DNA of 64,000 bases, taken from NCBI GenBank assembly GCA_023436395.1, contig JAEZJJ010000004.1, forward strand, positions 2,285-66,284. Reading direction: 5' to 3'. Position 1 is the first letter of the stretch. Each line of letters opens with the position of its first letter. Position numbers and translations under genes: made by a program. Below, one piece after another: positions 1 through 9,918 of this stretch. Under the pieces are notes generated by a model. That model did not search any database and was not told the DNA's origin. It worked only from the letters and a program-made list of their open reading frames with translations. The stretch comes from Bacillota bacterium (GTDB lineage Bacteria > Bacillota > Clostridia > Lachnospirales > Cellulosilyticaceae).

Positions 1-2
1 TT

Positions 3-1034
3 GGTTATAATGAACTTTCTGATCTTATTTTATTAACTAATAGGGATCATCAAGAGGTAACCGCTCAGCAGATTAGTGAAGGCATTAAAAAAGTATTTAA
101 TGCAGGGGTTATGGTGAGGACTAATAATCTACATGAAATATTAAAGATCAGAACGTATTCTGAGTTATTATTTCGTATTAAAAGTATAGCAGAAGTAGAA
201 ATGGAACCAGAAAAAGCTGCTGAAGCCATTTATAAAGGTGGTTTATTAGAATTCTTAACAAAAAGACATAAGGGAGAAATACCTTATTATTTTAGATTAG
301 AAATCAAGACAAAAATGCCTTTAGATAAGAAAAGTACTTTTGCTAAAAAGATGGCATTTGCTTTAGAAAGTATTTCTAATAGGGCTTTAATTAATTCTAC
401 TTCTAATTATGAAGTAGAAATTCGATTAGTAGAAAATAAAGAAGGTAAATTCAATGTGCTTCTTAAACTCTACACCATTAAAGATGAACGCTTTGATTAT
501 CGTAAACATGCAGTAGCAGCAAGTATTCAACCAGTAACAGCAGCATTAGTAGCTAGGCTTGCCAAACCCTACTTGAAAGAAGATGGGCAGGTATTAGATC
601 CATTTTGTGGTGTAGGAACGATGCTGATTGAGCGCAATAAGTTAGTGCCAGCAAATCCTATGTATGGGATTGATACCTTTGGTGAAGCTATTGACAAAGC
701 TATTTTAAATGCAAAAAGAGCAGAGTGTCAGATTAATTTTATTAACCGTAACTTCTTTGATTTTACCCATAATTATTTGTTTGATGAAATTTTTACTAAT
801 ATGCCAACCCGTGGTGGAAGAAAGACTGAAGAAGAAATGGTTATGCTATATAAGCAGTTCTTTAATAAGGCGTTAAAGGTATTAAAAGATGAAGCGGAAA
901 TTGTGATGTACACAAGAGATAAACATTTAGTACTTGAAGAGGTCCTTTGCAGAAACGAATATAAGGTACTGCAGGAGTATGTTATTTCTAAAAAAGAAGA
1001 TGCTTATCTTTATATTATAGAAGTCAAACAATAG
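3..1034 (+). CDS. THUMP-type class I SAM-dependent RNA methyltransferase (UPF0020-like), 5' end outside window
   Basis: The frame is open from nt 3 with no stop before the ATG at 111, so the gene enters from the left edge. It has SAM-binding motif I LDPFCGVGT and a motif-IV-like FTNMPTRGG. Confidence 0.6.
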   Translation, partial: GYNELSDLILLTNRDHQEVTAQQISEGIKKVFNAGVMVRTNNLHEILKIRTYSELLFRIKSIAEVEMEPEKAAEAIYKGGLLEFLTKRHKGEIPYYFRLEIKTKMPLDKKSTFAKKMAFALESISNRALINSTSNYEVEIRLVENKEGKFNVLLKLYTIKDERFDYRKHAVAASIQPVTAALVARLAKPYLKEDGQVLDPFCGVGTMLIERNKLVPANPMYGIDTFGEAIDKAILNAKRAECQINFINRNFFDFTHNYLFDEIFTNMPTRGGRKTEEEMVMLYKQFFNKALKVLKDEAEIVMYTRDKHLVLEEVLCRNEYKVLQEYVISKKEDAYLYIIEVKQ

Positions 1035-1213
1035 AAGAGCTAAAAATAAGGTGCTTATTACATTTGTAATAGTCACCTTATTTTTGTGATAAGATTTGCA
1101 ACTTAGGTGTAAAAAATAACAGGATAGAAGTAATAAGTTGAAAATAATAATTATTCAGAATAAGATAAACAAAAGAGATTGGAAGCATTTAGTGAGTTTT
1201 AGGAGGAGGATAT

Positions 1214-1654
1214 GTGAAAATTTATATTGATATGCAGATAGAACAGGAAGAAACAGAAGTTATTATTCGCTGTAAACAAGAAAATAGTGAAGTAATGCGT
1301 CTTAAGGAGATTCTGGAATTATTTGATAAGAAGATTAAAGTAATAAAAGACGGGCAAATCTATATTTTGAATGTTATTGAAATATTATATATTGAAGCTG
1401 TGGATAAACGTACTTTTTTATATACTGATGTAGATATTTATGAAAGTAGTTTTAAACTTTATGAGTTAGAGCAGATGTTAGAAGAAAATGGTTTCTTTAG
1501 AGCTGGTAAATCTAGTATTATTAACTTTTCTCATGTGAAAAAGATTAGGCCAGACTTTGGAGGAAGACTAGAAGTGACTATGAGTAATGGGGAAAAGGTA
1601 AATGTATCAAGGCAGTATGCAGTGAGTATTAAGGAAAGGTTGGAAAAATTATAA
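1214..1654 (+). CDS. LytTR-family DNA-binding protein (no receiver domain)
   Basis: GTG start 7 nt after AGGAGG. The C-terminal two-thirds have a LytTR pattern (IEILYIEAVDKRTFLYT...FFRAGKSSIINFSHVKKI...VSRQY). Confidence 0.75.
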   Translation: MKIYIDMQIEQEETEVIIRCKQENSEVMRLKEILELFDKKIKVIKDGQIYILNVIEILYIEAVDKRTFLYTDVDIYESSFKLYELEQMLEENGFFRAGKSSIINFSHVKKIRPDFGGRLEVTMSNGEKVNVSRQYAVSIKERLEKL

Positions 1655-2139
1655 TGAAGAAGCAGGGGATGGTAAGGGAATTTTATGATCATGTAGCAAG
1701 GAACTTTACTTTAGCAAGCATAGTAATCAGTATTGTAGGTATCTCTTATAAAGATGAAACATTTGGCTTTTCAAGGTTATTTGGAAGAGGGGGATTAACT
1801 TATGAGGGAATCTTTCAAATTATGATATTAGCGATTACATACGCTCTGTTGCAAACAGTATTTTTTTCAAAGTTTTTTATAAAAGAAATAAGTCATGCAA
1901 AAAGAATGATTGGGTTTACAACTAGTGCTTTTGGAAGTTCAACAATTTTAGTGATTTTATGGGGATGGTTTCCAATAGACAGCAGTCTGGCATGGATTGG
2001 ATTTATATTATCCTATAGCATAAGTTTGTTGCTAAGTATTTTGGTTTTTGGTGCCGTATTTAAATCTAAGGAAAAAGAGTATGAACGATTATTAATTAAA
2101 TATCAAAAAAAACAGGAGGTGAACAGAGATGATGATTAA
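1654..2139 (+). CDS. small polytopic membrane protein (DUF3021-like), partner of the LytTR protein
   Basis: Its ATG overlaps the upstream stop (TAATG). About 4 hydrophobic helices. The position directly behind a LytTR gene is typical of DUF3021. Confidence 0.45.
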   Translation: MKKQGMVREFYDHVARNFTLASIVISIVGISYKDETFGFSRLFGRGGLTYEGIFQIMILAITYALLQTVFFSKFFIKEISHAKRMIGFTTSAFGSSTILVILWGWFPIDSSLAWIGFILSYSISLLLSILVFGAVFKSKEKEYERLLIKYQKKQEVNRDDD

Positions 2140-2974
2140 TTTAGAACATATACAAAAATGTTTTGGAGAAAAAGTCGCTCTAAACGATATTAATTTACAA
2201 GTAAAGGAAGGAGAGATTTTAGGCTTATTAGGACCATCAGGGGCAGGAAAAACAACACTCTTGAAAATTATTACAGGCCAGCTCAAAGTAGATAGTGGAA
2301 AATCAGGGGTATTAGGAAAGGAAAGTGAGAAGCTTACGGATCAGGAATATAATCAGATGGGTATGGTATTAGATAATTGTGGTCTATACACAAGACTAAG
2401 TGTATATGAGAACCTACTATTATTTATAAGACTATATCACTTACCTAAGGCTAGAATAGATGAAGTGCTAGAACAAGTAGGATTAAGTGAAGCGAAGAAA
2501 GTAGTGGTTCAGAAGCTTTCTAAAGGCATGATACAAAGACTTGTACTTGCAAGGGCAATACTAAATAAACCTAAGCTATTATTTTTAGATGAGCCAACTA
2601 GTGGGTTAGATCCTACAACTGCAAAAATGATTCATGAACTCATTTTAAAGCTAAGAGCGGAAGGCGCAACCATATTCTTAACGACTCACAATATGGAAGA
2701 AGCTACTAAGATCTGTGATCAAGTAGCGTTACTTTATGAGGGAGAAATCATAGAGTATGGCTCTCCAAAAGCCATTTGTTTAAAACATAATTTGGAGAAT
2801 AAGATTACTATTTCTCTTAAAAATGGGGAGTTAGTTGATATAGAATATAGCTCTAGAGCAGGAGAAGAAATTGCTAAGTATTTTGTAAAGGATGAGGTGG
2901 TGGCTATTCACTCAGCCGAACCTAATTTAGAGAATGTGTTTATTAAATTAACAGGTAAGGAGTTGGAGCTATAA
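2129..2974 (+). CDS. ABC transporter ATP-binding protein
   Basis: Walker A GPSGAGKTT, signature LSKGMIQR, Walker B LLFLDEPTSGLD, H-loop TTHN. RBS GGAGGT. Overlaps the upstream gene by 11 nt. Confidence 0.9.
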   Translation: MMINLEHIQKCFGEKVALNDINLQVKEGEILGLLGPSGAGKTTLLKIITGQLKVDSGKSGVLGKESEKLTDQEYNQMGMVLDNCGLYTRLSVYENLLLFIRLYHLPKARIDEVLEQVGLSEAKKVVVQKLSKGMIQRLVLARAILNKPKLLFLDEPTSGLDPTTAKMIHELILKLRAEGATIFLTTHNMEEATKICDQVALLYEGEIIEYGSPKAICLKHNLENKITISLKNGELVDIEYSSRAGEEIAKYFVKDEVVAIHSAEPNLENVFIKLTGKELEL

Positions 2975-3675
2975 TGCAGATGGATAAGGTAAAAGCAATT
3001 TTTATAAAGCAATTTAAAGATACAATTAAAAATATGCAAGTTTTAGTGCTATACATCGTCTATCCTCTAATTGGTTTTATAATGATGTCAACTGTAGCAA
3101 CAGCGGTGGGGAAGGAAAGCTTTTTTATAATGACATTTGCCTCTATGCATATGGTATTCTTACCTATTGTAGCAACAGCTTCTGTAGTTGCAGAAGAAAA
3201 AGAAAAGAATACTTTAAAGGTACTAATGTTAGCCAATGTAAAACCTATAACTTATTTATTGGGGGTAGGAAGTTTCATCTTTCTAGGAACCCATATAGGG
3301 ACACTATGCTTTGCATTCTTAGGGGGATGGAGTGGTAGTGAATTTGTAAGTTTTGTGCTGAGTATGATGCTAGGAAGTATATGTTCCATTCTAATAGGTT
3401 TTACAGTAGGGTTAATGGCTAGAAATCAGGCGGGAGGAACAGGTTTAACAATACCTTTAGGGCTTATCCTTTCTTTTTTACCTATGTTGGCAAGTTTTAA
3501 TGAAGGAATTGAAAAGATAGCTAAAATTACTTATAGTCAACAAATAAGTTACTTATTAAATGAACCAAGTTTTGTAGGGTATACATTAGAGCGAATAAGT
3601 GTAGTAGGTGCTAATTTTATCATGGTAATGTTTATTTTCTATATTACTTATAAGAAACAATTTATTGAAGCTTAG
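2974..3675 (+). CDS. ABC-2 type transporter permease
   Basis: TAATG start/stop overlap with the ATPase gene. Six predicted hydrophobic segments across 233 aa. Confidence 0.7.
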   Translation: MQMDKVKAIFIKQFKDTIKNMQVLVLYIVYPLIGFIMMSTVATAVGKESFFIMTFASMHMVFLPIVATASVVAEEKEKNTLKVLMLANVKPITYLLGVGSFIFLGTHIGTLCFAFLGGWSGSEFVSFVLSMMLGSICSILIGFTVGLMARNQAGGTGLTIPLGLILSFLPMLASFNEGIEKIAKITYSQQISYLLNEPSFVGYTLERISVVGANFIMVMFIFYITYKKQFIEA

Positions 3676-3697
3676 ATCCTATAAACAGAAGGATTAA

Positions 3698-3739
3698 AAA
3701 GACAAGATTGCAAAAACCTTTTGCAATCTTGTCTTTTTA
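3698..3739 (+). terminator. rho-independent terminator of the LytTR-ABC operon
   Basis: Perfect stem AGACAAGATTGCAAAA / TTTTGCAATCTTGTCT followed by a T-run. Confidence 0.8.
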
Positions 3740-3954
3740 TGAAGTGACAGAAAAAATAGTTACTAGAAGATAACATAAATATGCTGGTACAAAGAAAACA
3801 TAAAGATATATATTGGTTTTAAAATTGCAATATACATAAAATTTTAAAATATAAATATTGAAAACACGTACCTTAATAAAGGGGAATATGTAAAAGAGTA
3901 ACAAATCAAAATCTTTATTTAGAAAATTCAAATTAACTAAAAGTGGATTATAAA

Positions 3955-3983
3955 TTGACAAATGCTATAAATGATAGTATATT
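3955..3983 (+). promoter_or_regulatory. sigma-A type promoter for the liv operon
   Basis: TTGACA (3955-3960), 17-nt spacer, TATATT (3978-3983), about 100 nt upstream of the binding-protein gene. Confidence 0.5.
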
Positions 3984-4083
3984 TTTTATGTAAAATATTT
4001 TTTGTATCTTTGTTAACTTTGACACAGTAGGGGATTAACACTGACAAATGTCAAAAGTTAATTGATCCAAGGAGGATAAGAAA

Positions 4084-5208
4084 ATGAAAAAAAGATTTAA
4101 GGCAAGTTTATCAATCCTAGCTGCTACTGTATGTGCAGTTAGCTTAATGGGATGTGGTAAGTCTACATCTGGTGACGTTTATAAAATTGGAGGAATTGGA
4201 CCTTTAACAGGGGATGCATCTTCCTATGGTATTTCTGTTAAACAAGGAGCTCAGATTGCAATTGATGAAATTAATGGTGCTGGTGGAGTTAATGGAAAAA
4301 AATTAGAGCTTATTTTTGAGGATGATGTATGTGATGCAGAGAAGGCAATTAGTGCTTATAACAAACTGATGGACCAAGACATTACAGCACTTCTAGGAGC
4401 AGTTACATCAGGTTGTTCAATTGCAGTTTCTGATGAATCTGTAAAAGATGGTATTCTTCAAATCACACCAAGTGGTTCAGCTCAGGATTGTACTAAACAA
4501 GCAAATAGTTTTAGAATTTGTTTTACAGACCCACTTCAAGGTCAAACAATGGCTAAATACATAGTAGATAAGGGGTATAAGAATGTAGCCGTTATCTATG
4601 ATGTTGCAGATGAATATAGTAAAGGAATCAAAGAAGCTTTTATTGCAGAAGCTAATAACCTAGGGTTAGGTATTGCAGTTGAAGAATCATTTACATCAGG
4701 CGATATTGATTTTAAAACACAACTTACTAAAATTAAATCTAGCGGTGCAGATTGTATCTTCCTTCCAATCTACTATGCTCAAGTAGCTGCTATTTCAGAA
4801 CAAGCAGCAACATTAGGTATGAGTTTACCATACTTTGGTTGTGATGGTTGGGATGGTGTTATTGACCAATTAGGTGGTGACACAAAGAATATTAATGGTG
4901 CAATCTTCCTTACACCATTTGTAGCTACATCTGAAGATTCAAATGTTAAAAAGTTTGTAGAGGCTTATGAAAAAGCTTATAGTGCTACACCAGACCAATT
5001 TGCAGCTGATGGATATGATGGCGTATATGCTATTAAATTAGCTATTGAGCAATGTGGAAATGATGTAACTAATGAAAATATGATAGCAGCTATGACTAAA
5101 ATTGAACTTAAAGGCCTTACAGGAGACATGACTTTTACAGCAGAAGGTGAACCAAATAAATCAGCTATGGTAGCTGAAATTCAAGATGGCAAATATATTG
5201 CTAAATAA
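4084..5208 (+). CDS. branched-chain amino acid ABC transporter substrate-binding lipoprotein (LivJ/K family)
   Basis: Strong RBS AGGAGG. Lipoprotein signal ...SLMGC-GKS. Type I periplasmic binding-protein pattern. First gene of the livHMGF cluster. Confidence 0.85.
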   Translation: MKKRFKASLSILAATVCAVSLMGCGKSTSGDVYKIGGIGPLTGDASSYGISVKQGAQIAIDEINGAGGVNGKKLELIFEDDVCDAEKAISAYNKLMDQDITALLGAVTSGCSIAVSDESVKDGILQITPSGSAQDCTKQANSFRICFTDPLQGQTMAKYIVDKGYKNVAVIYDVADEYSKGIKEAFIAEANNLGLGIAVEESFTSGDIDFKTQLTKIKSSGADCIFLPIYYAQVAAISEQAATLGMSLPYFGCDGWDGVIDQLGGDTKNINGAIFLTPFVATSEDSNVKKFVEAYEKAYSATPDQFAADGYDGVYAIKLAIEQCGNDVTNENMIAAMTKIELKGLTGDMTFTAEGEPNKSAMVAEIQDGKYIAK

Positions 5209-5227
5209 TAGAGGCTAATCTATTTTT

Positions 5228-5292
5228 AAGGCTGCCCATAAATAGCTTGTGTAAGTCTGGTAGAAAAGCTATTTATAGGGTAGTCTTTATTT
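5228..5292 (+). terminator. intra-operon hairpin / partial terminator after the binding-protein gene
   Basis: Long imperfect stem AAGGCTGCCCATAAATAGCTT ... AAGCTATTTATAGGGTAGTCTT followed by TATTTT. Confidence 0.5.
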
Positions 5293-5409
5293 TAGTTAGC
5301 CACCTCTTATGCGCCCAGAGGCAATCAGAGGTACTTAGGGCTGCTTGTGGAGGTATTAGAGATGATTAGCTAAAATAGAAAAGCTGAAGGAGAAAGAGGA
5401 GGAAGAGAC

Positions 5410-6285
5410 ATGGGCTTTATTGAACAGCTTATTAATGGACTTAATTTAGGAAGTATTTATGCACTTATTGCTTTAGGCTATACCATGGTTTATGGTATAG
5501 CAAAAATGTTAAATTTTGCGCATGGTGATGTTATTATGGTTGGAGCATATACGTTATCATTAATTATGGCAGGCCTTAATTTACCACCAATAGTAGCGGT
5601 TATAGTTAGTGTTATAGTGTGTTCAGTATTAGGGGTAACCATTGAAAAAATAGCCTATAAACCTCTTAGAAAATCATCCCCACTTACAGTACTTATTACA
5701 GCTATTGGTGTAAGTTACTTTTTACAAAGTGTAGCATTATTACTCTTTGGTTCTAAGCAAAGAAAGGTTGATTCAGTTATTACCATTTCACCTATTCAAA
5801 TAGGAGGTATTGAACTTACAGGAGAATCAATCATTACTTTAAGTGTAACAATCATTATTATGATTGGGCTCACTCTATTTATTAGGAAAACAAAGATTGG
5901 CAAAGCGATGCTTGCGGTTTCAGAAGATAAAGGGGCTGCTCAGCTGATGGGCATTAATGTGAACCGGACCATTTCTATTACATTTGCCATTGGTTCTGCA
6001 CTAGCTGCAGTAGCTGGAGCACTTTATGTAAGTTCTTATGGATTTGTAGGACCTTATACAGGTTCACTTCCTGGTATCAAAGCCTTTGTAGCCGCCGTGC
6101 TTGGTGGAATTGGTAGCATACCAGGTGCTATGTTAGGTGGTATTTTACTAGGAATTATTGAAAGTTTATCTAAAGCATATATATCTACTAATTTAGCTGA
6201 TGCGATTGTGTTTAGTGTACTCATTATTGTACTCCTAGTAAAACCTAGTGGCTTATTAGGTAAGATGAGAATGGAAAAGGTATAG
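5410..6285 (+). CDS. livH: branched-chain amino acid ABC transporter permease LivH
   Basis: RBS GAGGAGG. 291 aa polytopic protein with the LivH-like N-terminus QLINGLNLGSIYALIALGYTMVYG. Confidence 0.85.
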   Translation: MGFIEQLINGLNLGSIYALIALGYTMVYGIAKMLNFAHGDVIMVGAYTLSLIMAGLNLPPIVAVIVSVIVCSVLGVTIEKIAYKPLRKSSPLTVLITAIGVSYFLQSVALLLFGSKQRKVDSVITISPIQIGGIELTGESIITLSVTIIIMIGLTLFIRKTKIGKAMLAVSEDKGAAQLMGINVNRTISITFAIGSALAAVAGALYVSSYGFVGPYTGSLPGIKAFVAAVLGGIGSIPGAMLGGILLGIIESLSKAYISTNLADAIVFSVLIIVLLVKPSGLLGKMRMEKV

Positions 6286-6287
6286 GG

Positions 6288-7283
6288 GTGAGGGCTATGA
6301 AAAAATACATAAATAAAAACAATATGATAGCAATTATTATTGCAGCAGCAGTTTATGCTCTTATTTTTACACTTGTAGAAACAGGTTCTTTATCTAGGCA
6401 TTATCAGAGTTTGTTAATACCAATAGGTATTAATATCATTTTAGCCGTATCACTTAACTTAACAGTTGGATTTTTAGGAGAGTTAACTTTAGGACATGCA
6501 GGGTTTATGTCTGTAGGGGCATATGCAGGGTGCATGTTTACTGTATATGCTAATCTACCAATATTTATAGAGCTTCCAATTGCCCTTATAATGGGTGGAC
6601 TTGTAGCAGCAGTATTTGGTTGTATTATAGGAGTTCCAGCTTTAAGGCTTAAGGGAGATTATTTAGCCATTGTAACACTTGCTTTTGGAGAGATTATTCG
6701 GTCTGTTTTGATGAATATAGAGATCACAGGTGGTGCAGGTGGTTTAAAAGGAATTGAGAAATCAGCTAACTATACCATAGTATTTATAATAGCAATTATT
6801 ACGATAGTGGTTATTGCAAATCTGATTAAGTCTAGAGCAGGTAGAGCAATTTGTGCAATTCGAGATAATATTATAGCTGCAGAATCTGTTGGGATTAATG
6901 TAGTTTATCATAAACTCTTAGCTTTTGTTGTCGCTGCTTTTTTTGCAGGAATGGCAGGGGTACTATATGGACATAATTTAGGGATCTTAAAACCTGATAC
7001 TTTCGACTTTAATAAATCTATTGAGATATTAGTAATAGTAGTACTTGGTGGTATGGGAAGTATCAAGGGCTCCATTATATCAGCAACTATTATTACAGTA
7101 CTTCCAGAAGTACTTCGTGGTCTTGCAGATTATCGAATGCTCATTTATGCGATCGTGCTTATCGTAATGATGATTCTCAATTCTTCTCCTAAATTTGCTG
7201 AGTTTAAAAAGAATTTTATGAGTAAGTTGAAAAGAGAGAAGACCAAGAAAGGAGGAACTAAAGATGGCGTTATTGGAGGTTAA
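6288..7283 (+). CDS. livM: branched-chain amino acid ABC transporter permease LivM
   Basis: Polytopic protein with motif LGHAGFMSVGAYA...GDYLAIVTLAFGEI. The start is ambiguous (GTG 6288 or ATG 6297). Confidence 0.8.
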   Translation: MRAMKKYINKNNMIAIIIAAAVYALIFTLVETGSLSRHYQSLLIPIGINIILAVSLNLTVGFLGELTLGHAGFMSVGAYAGCMFTVYANLPIFIELPIALIMGGLVAAVFGCIIGVPALRLKGDYLAIVTLAFGEIIRSVLMNIEITGGAGGLKGIEKSANYTIVFIIAIITIVVIANLIKSRAGRAICAIRDNIIAAESVGINVVYHKLLAFVVAAFFAGMAGVLYGHNLGILKPDTFDFNKSIEILVIVVLGGMGSIKGSIISATIITVLPEVLRGLADYRMLIYAIVLIVMMILNSSPKFAEFKKNFMSKLKREKTKKGGTKDGVIGG

Positions 7284-8022
7284 TGAACTGACTATTGTAT
7301 TTGGTGGCCTTAGAGCAGTAGATGGCCTCAATTTAAAAATAGAAAAAGGGCAGTTATACGGACTTATAGGGCCTAATGGCGCAGGTAAGACAACCGTATT
7401 TAATATGATTACAGGTGTTTATAAACCCACTAGTGGTACTTACTTTCTAGATGGTGAAGACTTAACAGGTAAATCAACGATTGAAATTAATCGTAAGGGT
7501 ATTGCGAGGACTTTCCAAAATATTCGTTTGTTTAATAATATGAGTGTATTAGATAATGTTAAAATTGGCTTACATAATCAAAAGAATTATACAGTAGCAG
7601 AAGGAATCTTACGTTTGCCACGCTATTTTAAAGAAGAAAAAGAGATGGATGAAATAGCTGTAGAGCTTTTAGCAGTGTTTGATCTAGATAAAGAAAAAGA
7701 TACATTAGCTTCTAACTTGCCTTATGGTAAACAAAGAAAGCTAGAGATTGCTAGAGCTTTAGCAACTCATCCTAAGCTCTTATTATTAGATGAACCAGCA
7801 GCGGGGATGAATCCTAATGAGACAGCGGAGCTTATGGAGACTATTCGTTTTGTAAGAGATCAATTTGATATGACCATCTTGCTTATTGAGCATGATATGA
7901 AACTTGTAAGTGGTATTTGTGAAGATATTACAGTACTTAATTTTGGTAAAGAACTGGCCCAGGGTAAAACAAGTGTCGTATTAAATGACCCACAAGTTAT
8001 TACAGCATACTTGGGAGAATAG
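7264..8022 (+). CDS. livG: branched-chain amino acid ABC transporter ATP-binding protein LivG
   Basis: Walker A GPNGAGKTT, LPYGKQRKLEIARAL, Walker B LLLLDEPAAGMN. Overlaps livM by 20 nt. Confidence 0.9.
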   Translation: MALLEVNELTIVFGGLRAVDGLNLKIEKGQLYGLIGPNGAGKTTVFNMITGVYKPTSGTYFLDGEDLTGKSTIEINRKGIARTFQNIRLFNNMSVLDNVKIGLHNQKNYTVAEGILRLPRYFKEEKEMDEIAVELLAVFDLDKEKDTLASNLPYGKQRKLEIARALATHPKLLLLDEPAAGMNPNETAELMETIRFVRDQFDMTILLIEHDMKLVSGICEDITVLNFGKELAQGKTSVVLNDPQVITAYLGE

Positions 8023-8037
8023 AAGGGAGAGAGCTTT

Positions 8038-8748
8038 ATGGCTATGTTAAAAGTAGAAAATCTAGAAGTATATTATGGCATGATTCAAGCAATAAAGGGA
8101 ATCTCTTTTGAAGTTAATCAAGGGGAAGTTATTGCCTTAATTGGTGCTAATGGTGCAGGAAAAACAACTATTCTTCATACCATCACAGGGTTAGTAGAGG
8201 CTAAAGCAGGAAAGATTGAATTTGAGGGAAAAAATCTTCTCAAAACACCAGCCCATGATATTGTAAGCATGGGAATGGCACATGTACCAGAAGGTAGAAG
8301 AATTTTTCAAGAACTTACTGTACTTGAAAACTTAAAGCTTGGTGCATACACACGTAATGATAAAAAAGAAATGGAGGAGACACTTGGAATGATTTATACC
8401 AAGTTTCCCCGTCTTGAAGAAAGAAAAGCACAGGTTGCAGGAACATTAAGTGGTGGAGAGCAGCAGATGTTGGCGATGGGAAGGGCACTTATGTCACACC
8501 CTAAGATTATCCTTATGGATGAACCTTCCATGGGACTTTCACCATTGTATGTTTCTGAAATTTTTAAGATTATTGAGGAAATCAGTAGTACTGGTACAAC
8601 TGTTCTTTTGGTAGAACAGAATGCTAAAAAGGCACTTTCTATTGCAGATAGAGCCTATGTTTTAGAAACTGGTAAGATTGTGCTAGAAGGTAAAGCTAGT
8701 AATCTAATAAATGATGAATCTATTAAAAAAGCCTATTTAGGAGAGTAA
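8038..8748 (+). CDS. livF: branched-chain amino acid ABC transporter ATP-binding protein LivF
   Basis: Walker A GANGAGKTT, signature LSGGEQQMLAMGRAL, Walker B ILMDEPSMGLSP. Confidence 0.9.
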   Translation: MAMLKVENLEVYYGMIQAIKGISFEVNQGEVIALIGANGAGKTTILHTITGLVEAKAGKIEFEGKNLLKTPAHDIVSMGMAHVPEGRRIFQELTVLENLKLGAYTRNDKKEMEETLGMIYTKFPRLEERKAQVAGTLSGGEQQMLAMGRALMSHPKIILMDEPSMGLSPLYVSEIFKIIEEISSTGTTVLLVEQNAKKALSIADRAYVLETGKIVLEGKASNLINDESIKKAYLGE

Positions 8749-8753
8749 AACAA

Positions 8754-8796
8754 AAGCGCTTAAATTCTATAGCATGAGAATTTGAGTGCTTTTATT
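8754..8796 (+). terminator. rho-independent terminator of the liv operon
   Basis: 14-bp stem (two G-U pairs) AAGCGCTTAAATTC / GAATTTGAGTGCTT followed by TTTTATT. Confidence 0.65.
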
Positions 8797-8965
8797 ATGG
8801 AAAGATAGTATATTTTATTTCAAAAAGTATTATTGATGAATTGCGTATACTAATTCAGGAAGTTAGGGGGAATAACAAAAGAGGATAATAAAAGTAGTAT
8901 AGTAAAAAATAAGGTAACTGTGTTATGATTAAAATTCATTAGTAACCACAAGCTAGGAGGATAAC

Positions 8966-9802
8966 ATGATAGAAATAGGTAAATTTCATCATCTAGAAGT
9001 AGTCAGGGAAGCAAAACAAGGACTTTATTTAAATGATAGACTGCAAACAGAAAAGGATATTTTATTACCTCAGTATCAACTTTCAGAAGACATTAAGCTA
9101 GGAGATAAGTTAGAGGTGTTTGTTTATAGAGATTCTGAAGATAGGAAGGTAGCAACTTTTAAGAAGCCAAGGCTAATACTAGGGGAAATGAGTGTTCTAG
9201 AGGTAGTGAGTGTGAATCATATAGGTGCTTTTTTAGATTGGGGATTAGAAAGAGACTTATTTTTACCATTTAGCCAACAAACAGAAAAGGTAAAAAAGGG
9301 AAATAAGTATCTTGTTGCCATGTATATTGATAAAAGTGATAGATTATGTGCAACGATGAAGATTTACGACTTATTAAAAGGGCAAGCACCTTATAAGGAA
9401 CAGGATGAGGTCACAGGTACAATCTATGCTATAAAAGAGGCATATGGAGCATTTGTGGCAGTAGACAATAAGTATCATGGATTAATACCTGTTAGAGAGC
9501 TCTATGGACAATATCAAGTTGGTGAAACAGTCAAGTTACGTGTGACAAAGGTAAGAATGGACGGTAAATTAGAGCTAAGTATGAGAAAGCTAGTACATTT
9601 GCAAATGGAAGAAGATGCAGGACTTATTATGAAAGTATTAGAGGAACATAATGGGAGATTACAGTTACATGATAAGAGTTCACCAGAAGAGATTAAAAAA
9701 AAGCTAGGAATGAGCAAAGCAGGCTTTAAAAGGGCTATCGGCAGACTAATGAAAGAGGGCGCTATAGAGATTAAAAAAGATGGCATTTATCGTAATTGGT
9801 AG
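8966..9802 (+). CDS. cvfB: S1-domain RNA-binding protein, CvfB/YitL family
   Basis: RBS AGGAGG. Repeated S1-like segments and a C-terminal winged-helix-like tail (KAGFKRAIGRLMKEGAI). 278 aa, typical of CvfB. Confidence 0.7.
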   Translation: MIEIGKFHHLEVVREAKQGLYLNDRLQTEKDILLPQYQLSEDIKLGDKLEVFVYRDSEDRKVATFKKPRLILGEMSVLEVVSVNHIGAFLDWGLERDLFLPFSQQTEKVKKGNKYLVAMYIDKSDRLCATMKIYDLLKGQAPYKEQDEVTGTIYAIKEAYGAFVAVDNKYHGLIPVRELYGQYQVGETVKLRVTKVRMDGKLELSMRKLVHLQMEEDAGLIMKVLEEHNGRLQLHDKSSPEEIKKKLGMSKAGFKRAIGRLMKEGAIEIKKDGIYRNW

Positions 9803-9918
9803 AATAGAAAATGGGCACTATAAAGTGAGATATAAAAATCTTGACGAAAAATTAATTATACAATTAAGAAGAGTCATGATTTAATAGTATAAAATGCGAT
9901 AAAGGAGCCTATTTTCAA

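Noticed and set aside
3914-3928. CodY-box-like sequence TTTATTTAGAAAATT upstream of the liv promoter.
   Set aside because: It matches only 11 of 15 positions of AATTTTCWGAAAATT in very AT-rich DNA. That is plausible biologically but not distinguishable from chance by eye.
3737-3961. 74-aa minus-strand ORF between the ABC-2 permease gene and the liv operon.
   Set aside because: It sits in AT-rich intergenic DNA containing the liv promoter. The translation is Phe/Tyr/Asn/Ile-rich and low-complexity, and there is no RBS.
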